Origin: Promethearchaeota archaeon
GTDB taxonomy: Archaea > Asgardarchaeota > Thorarchaeia > Thorarchaeales > Thorarchaeaceae
Reading direction: 5' to 3'
DNA: 32,000 nt
Assembly (NCBI GenBank): GCA_027031765.1
Contig: JALVPN010000040.1
Location: 121,536 to 153,535 of the forward strand
Shown here: in pieces, positions 7,485 to 16,766 of the stretch
Layout: each line of letters starts with the position of its first letter
Numbering within the stretch: the first letter of the stretch is position 1
The notes under the pieces: generated by a model
Databases searched by the model: none
Told to the model about the DNA's origin: nothing
Seen by the model: the letters and a program-made list of their open reading frames with translations, nothing else
Made by a program: the position numbers and the translations under genes

Positions 7485-9833
7485 GTGAAACAACAGGCGA
7501 CAATTCACATCAGAGGAATCGTCCAGGGTGTGGGGTTCAGGCCCTTCGTGTATCGTGTAGCCACGCAAAACAGACTCAAGGGTTACGTGCTGAACCTCGG
7601 CGATGCAGGTGTTAGAGTTGTCCTTGAAGGCGAGCGGAACAACATAGAGGCCACAATCAGACAGATCAAGAATCACCCACCGTCAATCGCAAGAATCGAC
7701 GACATGGAAATTCGCTGGTCTTACGCCACAGGACAGTTTCCCGATTTCAGAATTGCCAAGTCCAGCAGCACAGCTACTGCAGATGTGACCCGGATTCCGC
7801 CTGACATCGCAACATGTGAGGACTGCGTCCGCGACATCTTCGACCCAAACTCTCGGTGGTATCAGTATCCATTTACGTCCTGCGCTGCTTGCGGGCCAAG
7901 ATACTCCACCATTACGGATTTGCCATACGACAGACCAAACACCACCATGGCTGACTTCCCATTGTGTAATACATGTCATAGCAGTTATACAGACCCTGGG
8001 AATAGACGGTACCATGCTCAGACAACGGCATGCCCCATATGTGGCCCGCGCTACGTACTGCTGGACAAGGAAGGTAACACAGTTGCCACCGAGAGGCCAC
8101 TCCTTGCCGCGGCCCACCTGCTTGCAGATGATAGAGTGCTCGCTTTACATGGAACCTCCGGAACCCACCTTGTCACTATAACTAGCACTCCAGAACCGAT
8201 TTACCACTTGCGTGAACGAAAGAGGCGGCCCCAGAGACCCTTGGCCGTCATGGCCCGTGGCATGAGCGCAGTCGCTGCCTTCGCCACTCCTACAACGAGA
8301 GAAGCAGAGGAGATGCAGTCATGGCGTAGGCCAATCGTCCTAGTCAGCCGCCGGAGTGTGCCAATGTCCGGGTCTACGGTCACAGCTGAGTCGCTTGACG
8401 CCATAGCGCCCGGCCTCGATACAATTGGCGTGATGCTGCCCTACTCTCCAGCGCACCATATCCTCTTCAACACCCTAAATGAGGACGCCCTAGTGATGAC
8501 AAGCGCAAACCCCACGGGCCTGCCAATGTATATCGATTCCTCTGACATCGTGAAACACCTGCATGAGATAGCAGACTACTTTCTTGTCCACAACCGCAGA
8601 ATACATCAGCGGTGTGACGACTCAGTACTCAAATACATCGCCGGCAGACGCGTCTTCATCCGTCGCTCGAGGGGATACGTGCCCGAGCCGATCCATACAG
8701 ACTGGCGACCCAAAGGTACCACAGTCGCAGCCCTCGGCCCTGAAGAAAAGGTCACAGGGACAATCGCCAAGGCTGGTGTGTTTTACCCAACACAACACAT
8801 AGGTGATACAGACAGCATCGAAAGCATCGAGTTCCTCACTCACGCAATGAACCACCTGAAGCATCTGTTGAGAATTGAACGGTTCGATGCCATTGCGTGT
8901 GACCTGCACCCACAGTTCCTCACTACCGAGACCGCCGAAATCATTGCTCAGGAAACGAACACCTCCCTCACACGAGTGCAACACCACCATGCGCACCTCG
9001 CGAGCCTCATAGTAGATAGCAACCTTTCTAGTAATACCCGTATCGTGTGTATTACCGCTGATGGATATGGCTATGGCCCCAACGGGGAAGCTTGGGGCGG
9101 TGAGGTACTCGTGGGCGGTCTCAAAGATGTCACTTGGTACGGAGGTCTCATGCCCAGCAGGTTGTCAGGAGGCGACCTCGCCGCAAGATATGCCACTAGG
9201 AGCCTCATCGGGATTGCCACACCCATTTCCAGTGAAGAGCAGCTCCTGACAATTGCAGGAGGAAACAAGATCTCAGAACGAAAACGCCTGACTGAATCAA
9301 CTCTTCAACTACTAGTACATTCAGCTGAAAGAGGTGTGAACGCAGTTACCACCTCGAGTGCAGGGCGATTTCTCGATGCCGTGTCTGTAGCTCTGGGCAT
9401 ATGCTCAGAAAACACATACGACGGCGAATGTCCAATGAAACTCGAATCAGTGGCCAGAGACAACGGGACAAGGATCAGACCGCACTACATTGACCGACGA
9501 GGTAGCCCCCTCATAGACACTGGTGCCGCACTTCAGCAAGTCCTGGAACTGATACAACAGCGGGTGCCACGGGCAGGAATAGCTTTCGCTGCACAGTGGT
9601 TCCTTGGTGAGGCACTTGCCCAGATTGCGTGTATGGCCTCCCAGGAGCAGTCAATACCTCAGGTTGGGTTTTCCGGAGGAGTGGCACTCAACAGGAATAT
9701 CACACGAGCCGTGGAGAGAGTCGTTAGCGACCATGGAGTGCAACTCCTGCGCCACTGGCGAGTCCCACCTGGAGATGGCGGAGTTTCCGTTGGGCAGAGT
9801 GCAGTCACCATGGCCCAGCTAGCACTTGAGTGA
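7485..9833 (+). CDS. hypF: Carbamoyltransferase HypF ([NiFe]-hydrogenase maturation)
   Basis: Acylphosphatase GIVQGVGFRPFVYR, four CxxC zinc-finger pairs, RRYHAQ, LVMTSAN, RRSRGYVP, DLHP, QHHHAH, DGYGYG, TSSAGRFLDA and PPGDGGVSVGQ. Confidence 0.97.
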   Translation: MKQQATIHIRGIVQGVGFRPFVYRVATQNRLKGYVLNLGDAGVRVVLEGERNNIEATIRQIKNHPPSIARIDDMEIRWSYATGQFPDFRIAKSSSTATADVTRIPPDIATCEDCVRDIFDPNSRWYQYPFTSCAACGPRYSTITDLPYDRPNTTMADFPLCNTCHSSYTDPGNRRYHAQTTACPICGPRYVLLDKEGNTVATERPLLAAAHLLADDRVLALHGTSGTHLVTITSTPEPIYHLRERKRRPQRPLAVMARGMSAVAAFATPTTREAEEMQSWRRPIVLVSRRSVPMSGSTVTAESLDAIAPGLDTIGVMLPYSPAHHILFNTLNEDALVMTSANPTGLPMYIDSSDIVKHLHEIADYFLVHNRRIHQRCDDSVLKYIAGRRVFIRRSRGYVPEPIHTDWRPKGTTVAALGPEEKVTGTIAKAGVFYPTQHIGDTDSIESIEFLTHAMNHLKHLLRIERFDAIACDLHPQFLTTETAEIIAQETNTSLTRVQHHHAHLASLIVDSNLSSNTRIVCITADGYGYGPNGEAWGGEVLVGGLKDVTWYGGLMPSRLSGGDLAARYATRSLIGIATPISSEEQLLTIAGGNKISERKRLTESTLQLLVHSAERGVNAVTTSSAGRFLDAVSVALGICSENTYDGECPMKLESVARDNGTRIRPHYIDRRGSPLIDTGAALQQVLELIQQRVPRAGIAFAAQWFLGEALAQIACMASQEQSIPQVGFSGGVALNRNITRAVERVVSDHGVQLLRHWRVPPGDGGVSVGQSAVTMAQLALE

Positions 9834-9865
9834 CACGACTCAGCCAGAACGCCACACGGCAGACA

Positions 9866-10477
9866 TCACGAACCACCCGATACCGCTGCCACTCCCAAAT
9901 CGAGCGCGGCTGAGTTTATAGCCTCATAGCGACCTCCAAAGGCACTCCGCACTACAGCCCTAGCAGTTCCAACACCAAAAGGAAGCAGACCTAGGCCTAG
10001 AACGGCACCAAACATTACCATGTTGACTGCACGAGGACTGCCAGCCTTCTGGGCAAGGGTCATTGCATCGACCTTCGTGACCTCAACTCCAAACGGCGAC
10101 ATCAGACGGTCAATCTCGGCCTCGGACGGGTACCTATCATGACCCATCGAGACCGCAACTGGATACTGGACATGCGTGTTCATCACCACATGGCCACCGG
10201 GACGTACAAGGGAAATCTCGCGTAGTGTTTCTAGCGGTTCAAAACCGATGATGACGTCACCAGTGCCAATATCAACAATAGGCCCCAAGGCGCCATCCCC
10301 AATGCGGACGAATGATACAACATGTCCGCCCCGCTGAGCCATTCCATGGATCTCACCAACACGGACATTGTTTGACTCGTTCAGAGCAGCCTGCGCCATT
10401 ATCTGGGCCAGCGTCAATACACCCTGACCGCCCACACCGGTCACAACAATATTACGTGTAATACCAGTCCTAGCCAT
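9866..10477 (-). CDS. iorB: Indolepyruvate:ferredoxin oxidoreductase beta subunit
   Basis: GVGGQGVLT, EIHGMAQRGGHVVSFVRIG, FEPLE and NMVMFGA; abuts iorA (TGA-ATG). Confidence 0.95.
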   Translation of the reverse strand: MARTGITRNIVVTGVGGQGVLTLAQIMAQAALNESNNVRVGEIHGMAQRGGHVVSFVRIGDGALGPIVDIGTGDVIIGFEPLETLREISLVRPGGHVVMNTHVQYPVAVSMGHDRYPSEAEIDRLMSPFGVEVTKVDAMTLAQKAGSPRAVNMVMFGAVLGLGLLPFGVGTARAVVRSAFGGRYEAINSAALDLGVAAVSGGS

Positions 10478-12370
10478 TCACACACCTCCCTGTTTGATTG
10501 CCCCCTGAGGACAGACATGTACACAGCTACCGCAGTAGTTGCAAAGGGCTGGATCAATGGCAGCCTGACCCGTTTCCTGATTCAGATACATGGCAGGGCA
10601 GGAGAACCGGTTCAGACAACGCCGACATCCATTGCAGAGGTCCACATCAACGTAGTACGGCTCTGGAAACACACCCGTACTCCGCCGTTCAGCCGCAGTG
10701 AGCAGAGCGCATGGTGCACGCGAGACCAAGACACCTGGGGCACGGTTGTCCCTTACCCACTGCACTAGCTGACGCACCTCAGCGACTACTTCAGATAGTG
10801 GCTGAAACGGGTCTACAGTCCTAACATACTCCACGCCGAGACCCCTACACACATCCTCGATTCTTAGGGGCGGTACAGACTCCTGCATCCCAGTGAGTCC
10901 AGTTCCCGGATGTGGCTGGTGGCCGGTCATAGCAGTTGTACGATTGTCGAGGACAACCAGACAGATTGGATGGCGGTTGTACACAGCATTGGCGAGACCC
11001 GGCAGTCCTGATGCGAAGAAGGTGCTGTCCCCAATCGTCGCTACGACATCCTGGCCGGTCACGCGCGCAATGCCGCACGCAGTTGTTATTGAAGAACCCA
11101 TGTCAAAGAGGATGTCCGCTGTTTCAAGCGGAGGTGCAATGCTGAGAGTATAGCACCCAATATCCGACGGATATATCGCCTTCCCACGAGTCGCAGCACG
11201 GATTGCATAGTACGTAGCACGGTGCGGGCAGCCAGGACATAGCAGAGGAGGACGCGGTGGCAAGTCACGCACCGAACGGGCCCTCTCCTCAGCCGCATCC
11301 CAGTCAATCGGCGACTCGACACCAAGCACACCGGTCATGGCCCGCATCACAATACGAGTGTTGAACTCAAACGTCCGGGGGAGCACCCCCTGTTCCTTTC
11401 CAACAATACGGACATCAATACTATGAAGCTGTGCCAGACGGCGCAGGTGGGTTTCAAGGACAGGTTCGAGCTCTTCAACTACGAGAACAGTCGGATGTGC
11501 TTCTAGAAACCGTGCAATCATATCTTCAGGAACAGGATGAGTCATCCCGAGTTTCAATACAGCTGCACTGATACTTAGGGCCTCAATGGCCTCCCGCACA
11601 TAGTTGTAGGAAACCCCACTGGTCACAACACCAAACTCCCCCTCACCAGTGACAAAGTTCAGAGGAGTCGCTTCAGAAACCTCGCGTGCACGCTCGATTT
11701 GCCTCAACAGTGCAGGATGCTGCTTCCGTGCTACAGCAGGGATTGGGACGAAACGCAAGGGCTCCTTCTTAAACACTACATGTTCAGGAGGGCGTGCAAT
11801 TGGACCAAGGGGCACAGGAGCCCGGGTATGGTTCACACGAGTGGTGGTTCTCAGCAACACCGGCAGCTCAAGCTCCTCTGAAAGATCATACGCAGCAAGA
11901 ACCATAGCCTTGGCCTCTGCGGGATCAGCAGGCTCCAGCATGGGCATGTTGGCCATCAGTGCATAGTACCGGCTGTCATTTTCGTTCTGACTGCTCCACA
12001 TGCTGGGGTCGTCCGCAACTACAATGACCATGCCCCCACGCACCCCAACATATGCAAGTGAGAGGAACGGATCAGCAGCAACATTCAGGCCAGGGCCCTT
12101 ACATACCATCATTGACCGGACTCCTGCAACAGCGGCCGCACCGGCAACCTCAATCGCAACCTTTTCGTTGGCACTGAACTCAAAGTAGAAGTTCTCCATG
12201 TGCGGAGCCATCTGCGTGAGACTGTTTCCAATCTCGCTGCTCGGCGTCCCCGGGTACAATGCAACAAGCCGTACGCCCGCTTCGAGAACTGCACGCGCAA
12301 TGGCCTCATTTGCCAACAACAACAGCGTTTCCCCCACTGCGTCCTGCAACAGTTCCTTTGCTTTCACCAA
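10478..12370 (-). CDS. iorA: Indolepyruvate:ferredoxin oxidoreductase alpha subunit
   Basis: YPGTPSSEI, NEKVAIEVA, GLNVAADP, RPPLLCPGCPHR, SDIGCY, TPP motif GDSTF...DNRTTAMTG and a C-terminal 2x[4Fe-4S] ferredoxin. Confidence 0.97.
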   Translation of the reverse strand: MVKAKELLQDAVGETLLLLANEAIARAVLEAGVRLVALYPGTPSSEIGNSLTQMAPHMENFYFEFSANEKVAIEVAGAAAVAGVRSMMVCKGPGLNVAADPFLSLAYVGVRGGMVIVVADDPSMWSSQNENDSRYYALMANMPMLEPADPAEAKAMVLAAYDLSEELELPVLLRTTTRVNHTRAPVPLGPIARPPEHVVFKKEPLRFVPIPAVARKQHPALLRQIERAREVSEATPLNFVTGEGEFGVVTSGVSYNYVREAIEALSISAAVLKLGMTHPVPEDMIARFLEAHPTVLVVEELEPVLETHLRRLAQLHSIDVRIVGKEQGVLPRTFEFNTRIVMRAMTGVLGVESPIDWDAAEERARSVRDLPPRPPLLCPGCPHRATYYAIRAATRGKAIYPSDIGCYTLSIAPPLETADILFDMGSSITTACGIARVTGQDVVATIGDSTFFASGLPGLANAVYNRHPICLVVLDNRTTAMTGHQPHPGTGLTGMQESVPPLRIEDVCRGLGVEYVRTVDPFQPLSEVVAEVRQLVQWVRDNRAPGVLVSRAPCALLTAAERRSTGVFPEPYYVDVDLCNGCRRCLNRFSCPAMYLNQETGQAAIDPALCNYCGSCVHVCPQGAIKQGGV

Positions 12371-12446
12371 CCTGCCGACCTCGCGCCTTCGTCACAATGC
12401 CTCCCCAACAACTCGCACTATCAGTTTTATGGTGTCGGCCCACAGT

Positions 12447-12462
12447 TAGAACACGTGTTCTA
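12447..12462. repeat. Perfect 16-bp palindrome TAGAACACGTGTTCTA
   Basis: Self-complementary; its core GAACACGTGTTC recurs at 12681-12692. Confidence 0.85.
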
Positions 12463-12472
12463 TTCGTAAAGA

Positions 12473-12493
12473 CCCCTCTGTTTCGTGTGGAAC
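12473..12493 (-). other. Origin recognition box (ORB): GTTCCACACGAAACAGAGGGG on the minus strand
   Basis: Matches the archaeal ORB pattern GTTCCA...GAAAC plus G-string; 18/21 identical to the element at 12610. Confidence 0.85.
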
Positions 12494-12500
12494 TGGCAAG

Positions 12501-12590
12501 ACACAAAATATACCAATTAACCAAACATATTTATATCAGTTTTCAGTACGTGCCTTAAGCTCTTTCTAAATATATAACAACAAGTACATA
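12501..12590. other. AT-rich tract, candidate DNA-unwinding element (DUE)
   Basis: 66 of 90 bases are A/T by hand count (73%) against a roughly 45% AT background; lies between the inverted ORBs. Confidence 0.7.
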
Positions 12591-12609
12591 CAGGTCCAGC
12601 TCTTCAAGA

Positions 12610-12630
12610 GTTCCACTCGAAACAATGGGG
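12610..12630 (+). other. Origin recognition box (ORB): GTTCCACTCGAAACAATGGGG
   Basis: ORB core plus G-string, inverted relative to 12473-12493. Confidence 0.85.
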
Positions 12631-12631
12631 T

Positions 12632-12655
12632 GTATCACGGTACGGGTTGTATTAC
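12632..12655. repeat. Heptad pair GTATCAC (12632) / GTATTAC (12649)
   Basis: Read directly, immediately after the right ORB; the 17-bp offset is slightly off the 9-bp register. Confidence 0.45.
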
Positions 12656-12680
12656 TCGTGCTACAACGTTACGCTCTATG

Positions 12681-12692
12681 GAACACGTGTTC
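12681..12692. repeat. 12-bp palindrome GAACACGTGTTC (second copy)
   Basis: Identical to 12449-12460; overlaps the stop codon of the 12691 gene. Confidence 0.8.
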
Positions 12693-12996
12693 ATACAGCC
12701 ACGGGCAACTCGCGTTCGATGCTAAAGGCCCTCACTTTGAGGATATCACGGTAGTTGGCAAAGAGCTGGTCAAACTGATCCTTCATATGGACTGGTACCA
12801 TTATGGCTGAGTCGGTGACTACCTCGCATAGCGGTGACGAGTCGACTAGTCCCGGCTTTCGTCGCGTTTTGAGGCCGCCCCGTGTCTTCCATGTATATGT
12901 GTAGCCATAGAGCTCCTTTGTGAATGCAATCCTCCTGGCATTCCGTTGGCGTGAATTGATACAATCGTAGACATAGAGCACAGTTTCCATTGTCAA
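12691..12996 (-). CDS. Small hypothetical protein, possibly Cas2/VapD-like ferredoxin fold; start TTG 12996 or ATG 12990
   Basis: About 100 aa with a first strand VLYVYD ending in Asp, a helix, a basic insert WKTRGGLKTRRKPGL, and DSAIMVP..........F. Confidence 0.7.
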   Translation of the reverse strand: MTMETVLYVYDCINSRQRNARRIAFTKELYGYTYTWKTRGGLKTRRKPGLVDSSPLCEVVTDSAIMVPVHMKDQFDQLFANYRDILKVRAFSIERELPVAV

Positions 12997-13240
12997 CCGG
13001 TGCTCTTTCGCTCCCGGGCAGATTTGAAAATGCGTACTACAGGGGTTGTGCCAGCCTACAACGGTGGCATGCTACACGAGAGAATCCGCTTCCAGTATCC
13101 TACAAGTGTCATCCAATCCAGTACTCTTTTTTGCTTGTATGGATGGGGAAGACTTAAAGCCCCCATGTTGTGCGACTCGCAGTGCGCCGTTGTCGTGCAC
13201 AGACTATTGGCCACCTTGTAATCTCGACCTGGTGAGATGC

Positions 13241-14554
13241 ATGAATACGATTGGGCTACGGAGGGAAGACAAGCCCTTCGAGAGGCGAGTGCCACTGGTA
13301 CCGGAGCACGTCAGCGAGCTGATTGTTGCCCATGGCATTTCTTTTGTAGTTGAGCCCTCCCCGGATCGCGCTTTCACCAACAAGGAGTTCGAGTCGGCCG
13401 GAGCGAGGCTCGGTGACATCCGCAGCCCGGATGTCCGGGTAGTCCTTGGAATCAAGGAGATGCCTTCTGACCTCTTTGAGGCCGGAAATGTTTACGTCTT
13501 CTTCAGTCACACAATCAAGGGCCAAGAGCACAACATGCCGATGCTCCGTGCACTACTGAGTGCAGGTGCGACCTTGATAGACTATGAGTGTATCGTTGAT
13601 GATAGTGGTAGGCGCCTCATCTTCTTCGGCAACTGGGCGGGTATGGCTGGAATGGCTGACACACTTAGGGTCTTTGGGGCCCGACTGGCATACGAACGCA
13701 TATCGCCAAACCCTTTCCTTGATCTTCCACCAACGTACGAATGTGCCTCTCTCGACCATCTCCGTGGAGAGATTGCAAAGGTTGCCGAACGCATCGAGTC
13801 GCACGGACTGCCGGCATCCCTGAAACCTGTTGTTGTTGGCTTTGCAGGGTATGGAAATGTTTCTCGCGGGGCGCAAGAGTTGTTCGACATACTGCCCCAC
13901 GAAACCGTAGCACCAGAGGAGCTCGACGAGGTTGAGTCGACTGCTGATGTATTGTACAAGTGTGTCTTCAAGGAGGAGCACATGGTTGAACCGGCTGACC
14001 CGTCAATAGAGTTCGACCTCCAGGACTACTATAGACATGGGTCTTCAAAGTATCGTGGAGTCTTCGAGCGGTACATCCCATACTTAACGGTTCTAATGAA
14101 CTGTATCTTCTGGGCTGACAAGTATCCCCGTCTTGTAACAAAACGGTTCATTCGGGAACACTGGGTGAGCCCATCTAGGCGGCTCAAGGTTGTTGGTGAC
14201 ATTTCGTGTGACCTTGAAGGTGCCATCGAGTTCACTGTCATGACGACAAATCCTGAGAGCCCCGCCTTCACATACCTCGTGGATGAAGACCGCGCTGTGA
14301 GCGGAGTGGAGGGCAATGGGCCAGTAGTAATGGCAATCGACAACCTGCCAACGGAACTGCCGCGCGAGTCGTCGCGCTCCTTTAGCGAAACGCTACGTTC
14401 GTTCGTGCCACACATTGCCAAAGCCGACTTCGATGCTGACTTTGGTACACTAGACCTGCCCCCAGAGCTTATGCGGGCTGTAATAGTCTACCGTGGTCAG
14501 CTTACCCCCGACTATGAATACCTACACAAGTACCTAGAAGGAGTTGAACGCTGA
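13241..14554 (+). CDS. Lysine-ketoglutarate reductase-like / saccharopine dehydrogenase (AlaDh/PNT family, homologous to the LKR half of AASS); start moved to ATG 13241
   Basis: IGLRREDKPFERRVPLVPEHV, FFSHTIKGQEHNMPML, LIDYE, FFGNWAGMAG, GYGNVSRGAQE, DISCDLEGAIEF and MAIDNLPTELPRESS; GGTGA RBS at 13231. Confidence 0.9.
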   Translation: MNTIGLRREDKPFERRVPLVPEHVSELIVAHGISFVVEPSPDRAFTNKEFESAGARLGDIRSPDVRVVLGIKEMPSDLFEAGNVYVFFSHTIKGQEHNMPMLRALLSAGATLIDYECIVDDSGRRLIFFGNWAGMAGMADTLRVFGARLAYERISPNPFLDLPPTYECASLDHLRGEIAKVAERIESHGLPASLKPVVVGFAGYGNVSRGAQELFDILPHETVAPEELDEVESTADVLYKCVFKEEHMVEPADPSIEFDLQDYYRHGSSKYRGVFERYIPYLTVLMNCIFWADKYPRLVTKRFIREHWVSPSRRLKVVGDISCDLEGAIEFTVMTTNPESPAFTYLVDEDRAVSGVEGNGPVVMAIDNLPTELPRESSRSFSETLRSFVPHIAKADFDADFGTLDLPPELMRAVIVYRGQLTPDYEYLHKYLEGVER

Positions 14555-15886
14555 ATGAAGACAGTGCTCTGTCTCGGTGCTGGTCTTGTTGCAAGGCCAT
14601 ACATTCAATATCTGAGTGACAAGGGTTTCCACATGGTAGTGGCAAGCAGAACGCTGAGTAAGGCGGAGCACCTCATCGAGGGGTGCAAGAATGCGGAGGC
14701 AGTCGCCTTCAACATCCAGACGGACGACGAACTCCTAGACAAGCTCACTGCAAAGTCCGACTTGGTGTGCTCCCTCCTGCCGTATACGTTTCATGTCAAA
14801 GCTGCCAAGGTCGCTATCACTCAAAGGAAACCCTTCTGCACGACCTCCTATATCTCAAGTGCCATGCATGACCTCGATGACGCAGCCCGGTCGGCTGGCG
14901 TCCTCCTGCTGAATGAGTGTGGAGTCGATCCTGGGATTGACCACATGAGTGCCATGCGTATCATCGACGGTGTACATGACAAGGGCGGCAGGATAGTGAG
15001 CTTCACCTCATTCACGGGTGGGCTACCTGCACCCGATGCCAACAATAACCCCTTTGGCTACAAGCTCTCATGGAGCCCACGTGGGGTGCTCCTTGCAGGG
15101 CGCAACGATGCACACTTCCTCCGCGATGGAAATGAAGTCACCATCCCTGGCGCTGACCTGTTCGACCACTGCCAGATTATGGAAATCCCAACAGTGGGCC
15201 AGTTCGAAGGGTATCCTAATCGGGACAGCATGTCCTACATTGACATCTATGGTATTCCAGAAACACGTACGATGCTAAGGGGCACTCTGCGCAACCTTGG
15301 TTGGTGCAAGACGATGCGGACAATCGGGCGGCTTGGTCTCTTGGGTCTTGAGGAGCGGAGTTTCGCAGGCATGACGTATGCTGACCTGCTACGCTCGTTA
15401 GTAGCTGCCGACGCTGCCGGTGACAGCGTACGCACTGCTGTTGCACACCATGTGGGTCTTGCGCCCGACGACCCTGTAATCTCACGTCTTGAGTGGCTGG
15501 GACTGTTTGATGAAACCCAAATCCCCGAAGGCGTGAGCACCTGTCTAGATGCTCTGTGTCACCTCTTCGAACAAAAGCTACAGTATGCACCTGGTGAGCG
15601 TGACATGATTGTCATGCACCACGAGTTCATAGTCGACTACGGAAGCAATCGGAAGGAGCGGATTACTTCAACATTAGTAGACTACGGGATTCCAAACGGT
15701 GACAGCTCGATGTCGCGTACTGTCGCGCTGCCGGTAGCGATTGCGAGTAGAATGATACTTGAGGGATCACTCTCTCTAGTTGGTGTGCACCGGCCTGTAC
15801 TCCCGGAACTGTATAACCCCATACTCGACGAGCTGGAAGAGCTTGGGATAAAGTTTGTAGAGTCTGTAGTGGAACTTGAAGGGTGA
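14555..15886 (+). CDS. Saccharopine dehydrogenase (glutamate-forming, Lys9/AASS SDH-half homologue)
   Basis: LGAGLVA Rossmann motif, SLLPY, TTSY, NECGVDPGIDHMSA, SFTGGLPAP...NNPFGYKLSWSPRG, EGYPNRDS, RGTLR and MSRTVALP; TGAATG junction with the upstream gene. Confidence 0.93.
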   Translation: MKTVLCLGAGLVARPYIQYLSDKGFHMVVASRTLSKAEHLIEGCKNAEAVAFNIQTDDELLDKLTAKSDLVCSLLPYTFHVKAAKVAITQRKPFCTTSYISSAMHDLDDAARSAGVLLLNECGVDPGIDHMSAMRIIDGVHDKGGRIVSFTSFTGGLPAPDANNNPFGYKLSWSPRGVLLAGRNDAHFLRDGNEVTIPGADLFDHCQIMEIPTVGQFEGYPNRDSMSYIDIYGIPETRTMLRGTLRNLGWCKTMRTIGRLGLLGLEERSFAGMTYADLLRSLVAADAAGDSVRTAVAHHVGLAPDDPVISRLEWLGLFDETQIPEGVSTCLDALCHLFEQKLQYAPGERDMIVMHHEFIVDYGSNRKERITSTLVDYGIPNGDSSMSRTVALPVAIASRMILEGSLSLVGVHRPVLPELYNPILDELEELGIKFVESVVELEG

Positions 15887-16133
15887 GACTAGACTCTCAA
15901 ACGTTCCACTGGCTCCTCTCCCCACTGTGCTGCTGTGCTGTAGAATAACATCAGGGTCACTCAGTACTCTCCTTAGGGCAGCCACTCTTGTGGCGCTGGC
16001 CCGGTTCTCACCTCCAGCAATGGAACTCTCATTGCGTCCTTGCCGGTTGAGTATCTCCTGCCTAGCAGTACTTGTTGCCACAACAACTTGTCTGGCGCGT
16101 GCAGTGGTAGTCGCAGTAGAGTTCCGGGGACTG

Positions 16134-16766
16134 CTACTCTGGCGCTTCCACTTGAATGCTGGCCAAGATGTCCTCAGCCCTCTTGATCTCCTTGGCGACC
16201 TCCTGGAGTTCGGTTCTGAGACGATATGTATAGCCCGTCCTGTTCCCGAATCTCTCTAGGTGTCCTTTCCCTCCATTCCACATCCTTGCCAGGTATGTAG
16301 ATGCTGTACTCTTTGGCAGCTTCTCCTTGAAGGTCGCCTCATATATTTCCGCCACATCAAGTGATGAGAACTTGCCGTGCTTGAAGGACGCATAGATGAC
16401 AAGGTGCATCTTCTCATAGGTGCTCATCGATTCTATGTCAACCGGGATTGTAGTTGTTTCCGCCTCCTCCTCAAACGCAAAGACGTATCCCGTGCTGGTT
16501 TCAAGGAACACCTTGAACTTCACCAGCATCTCCTCTACTGCCCCACCTTTGACCTGAAAGCTAGACTCCTCACCAGTGCTCTCATCTGAAACACGTACCT
16601 TGAAGTCAAATGGGGAGTCGGCGAGTGCAAGGATTCTCCTGAAGCGTGCAAGCGCCTCGTCCGGCGTAACATATCTACACTGGAAAATCTCCTTGAGGCC
16701 TGGTGCCGAGCTATAGGTGAACTCGTAGACATAACTGGTTCGTACCTTACCTGGCAAGCTCGTCAC
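16134..16766 (-). CDS. Hypothetical protein with a C-terminal winged helix-turn-helix; start may be TTG 16757
   Basis: C-terminal FSSLDVAEIYEATFKEKLPKSTASTYLARM...LERFGNRTGYTYRL is a wHTH pattern; AGGTGA RBS overlaps the GTG and sits 5 nt before the TTG. Confidence 0.8.
   Translation of the reverse strand: MTSLPGKVRTSYVYEFTYSSAPGLKEIFQCRYVTPDEALARFRRILALADSPFDFKVRVSDESTGEESSFQVKGGAVEEMLVKFKVFLETSTGYVFAFEEEAETTTIPVDIESMSTYEKMHLVIYASFKHGKFSSLDVAEIYEATFKEKLPKSTASTYLARMWNGGKGHLERFGNRTGYTYRLRTELQEVAKEIKRAEDILASIQVEAPE

Noticed and set aside
12691-12996. CRISPR-Cas locus
   Set aside because: No repeat-spacer array and no cas1 or other cas genes in the window; the nearby repeats are ORBs and palindromes.
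15903-15912. GTTCCACTGG half-ORB after the SDH gene (also TTCCACTTGAAT near 16146)
   Set aside because: No GAAAC or G-string in the first; the second is inside a CDS. Too partial to call.
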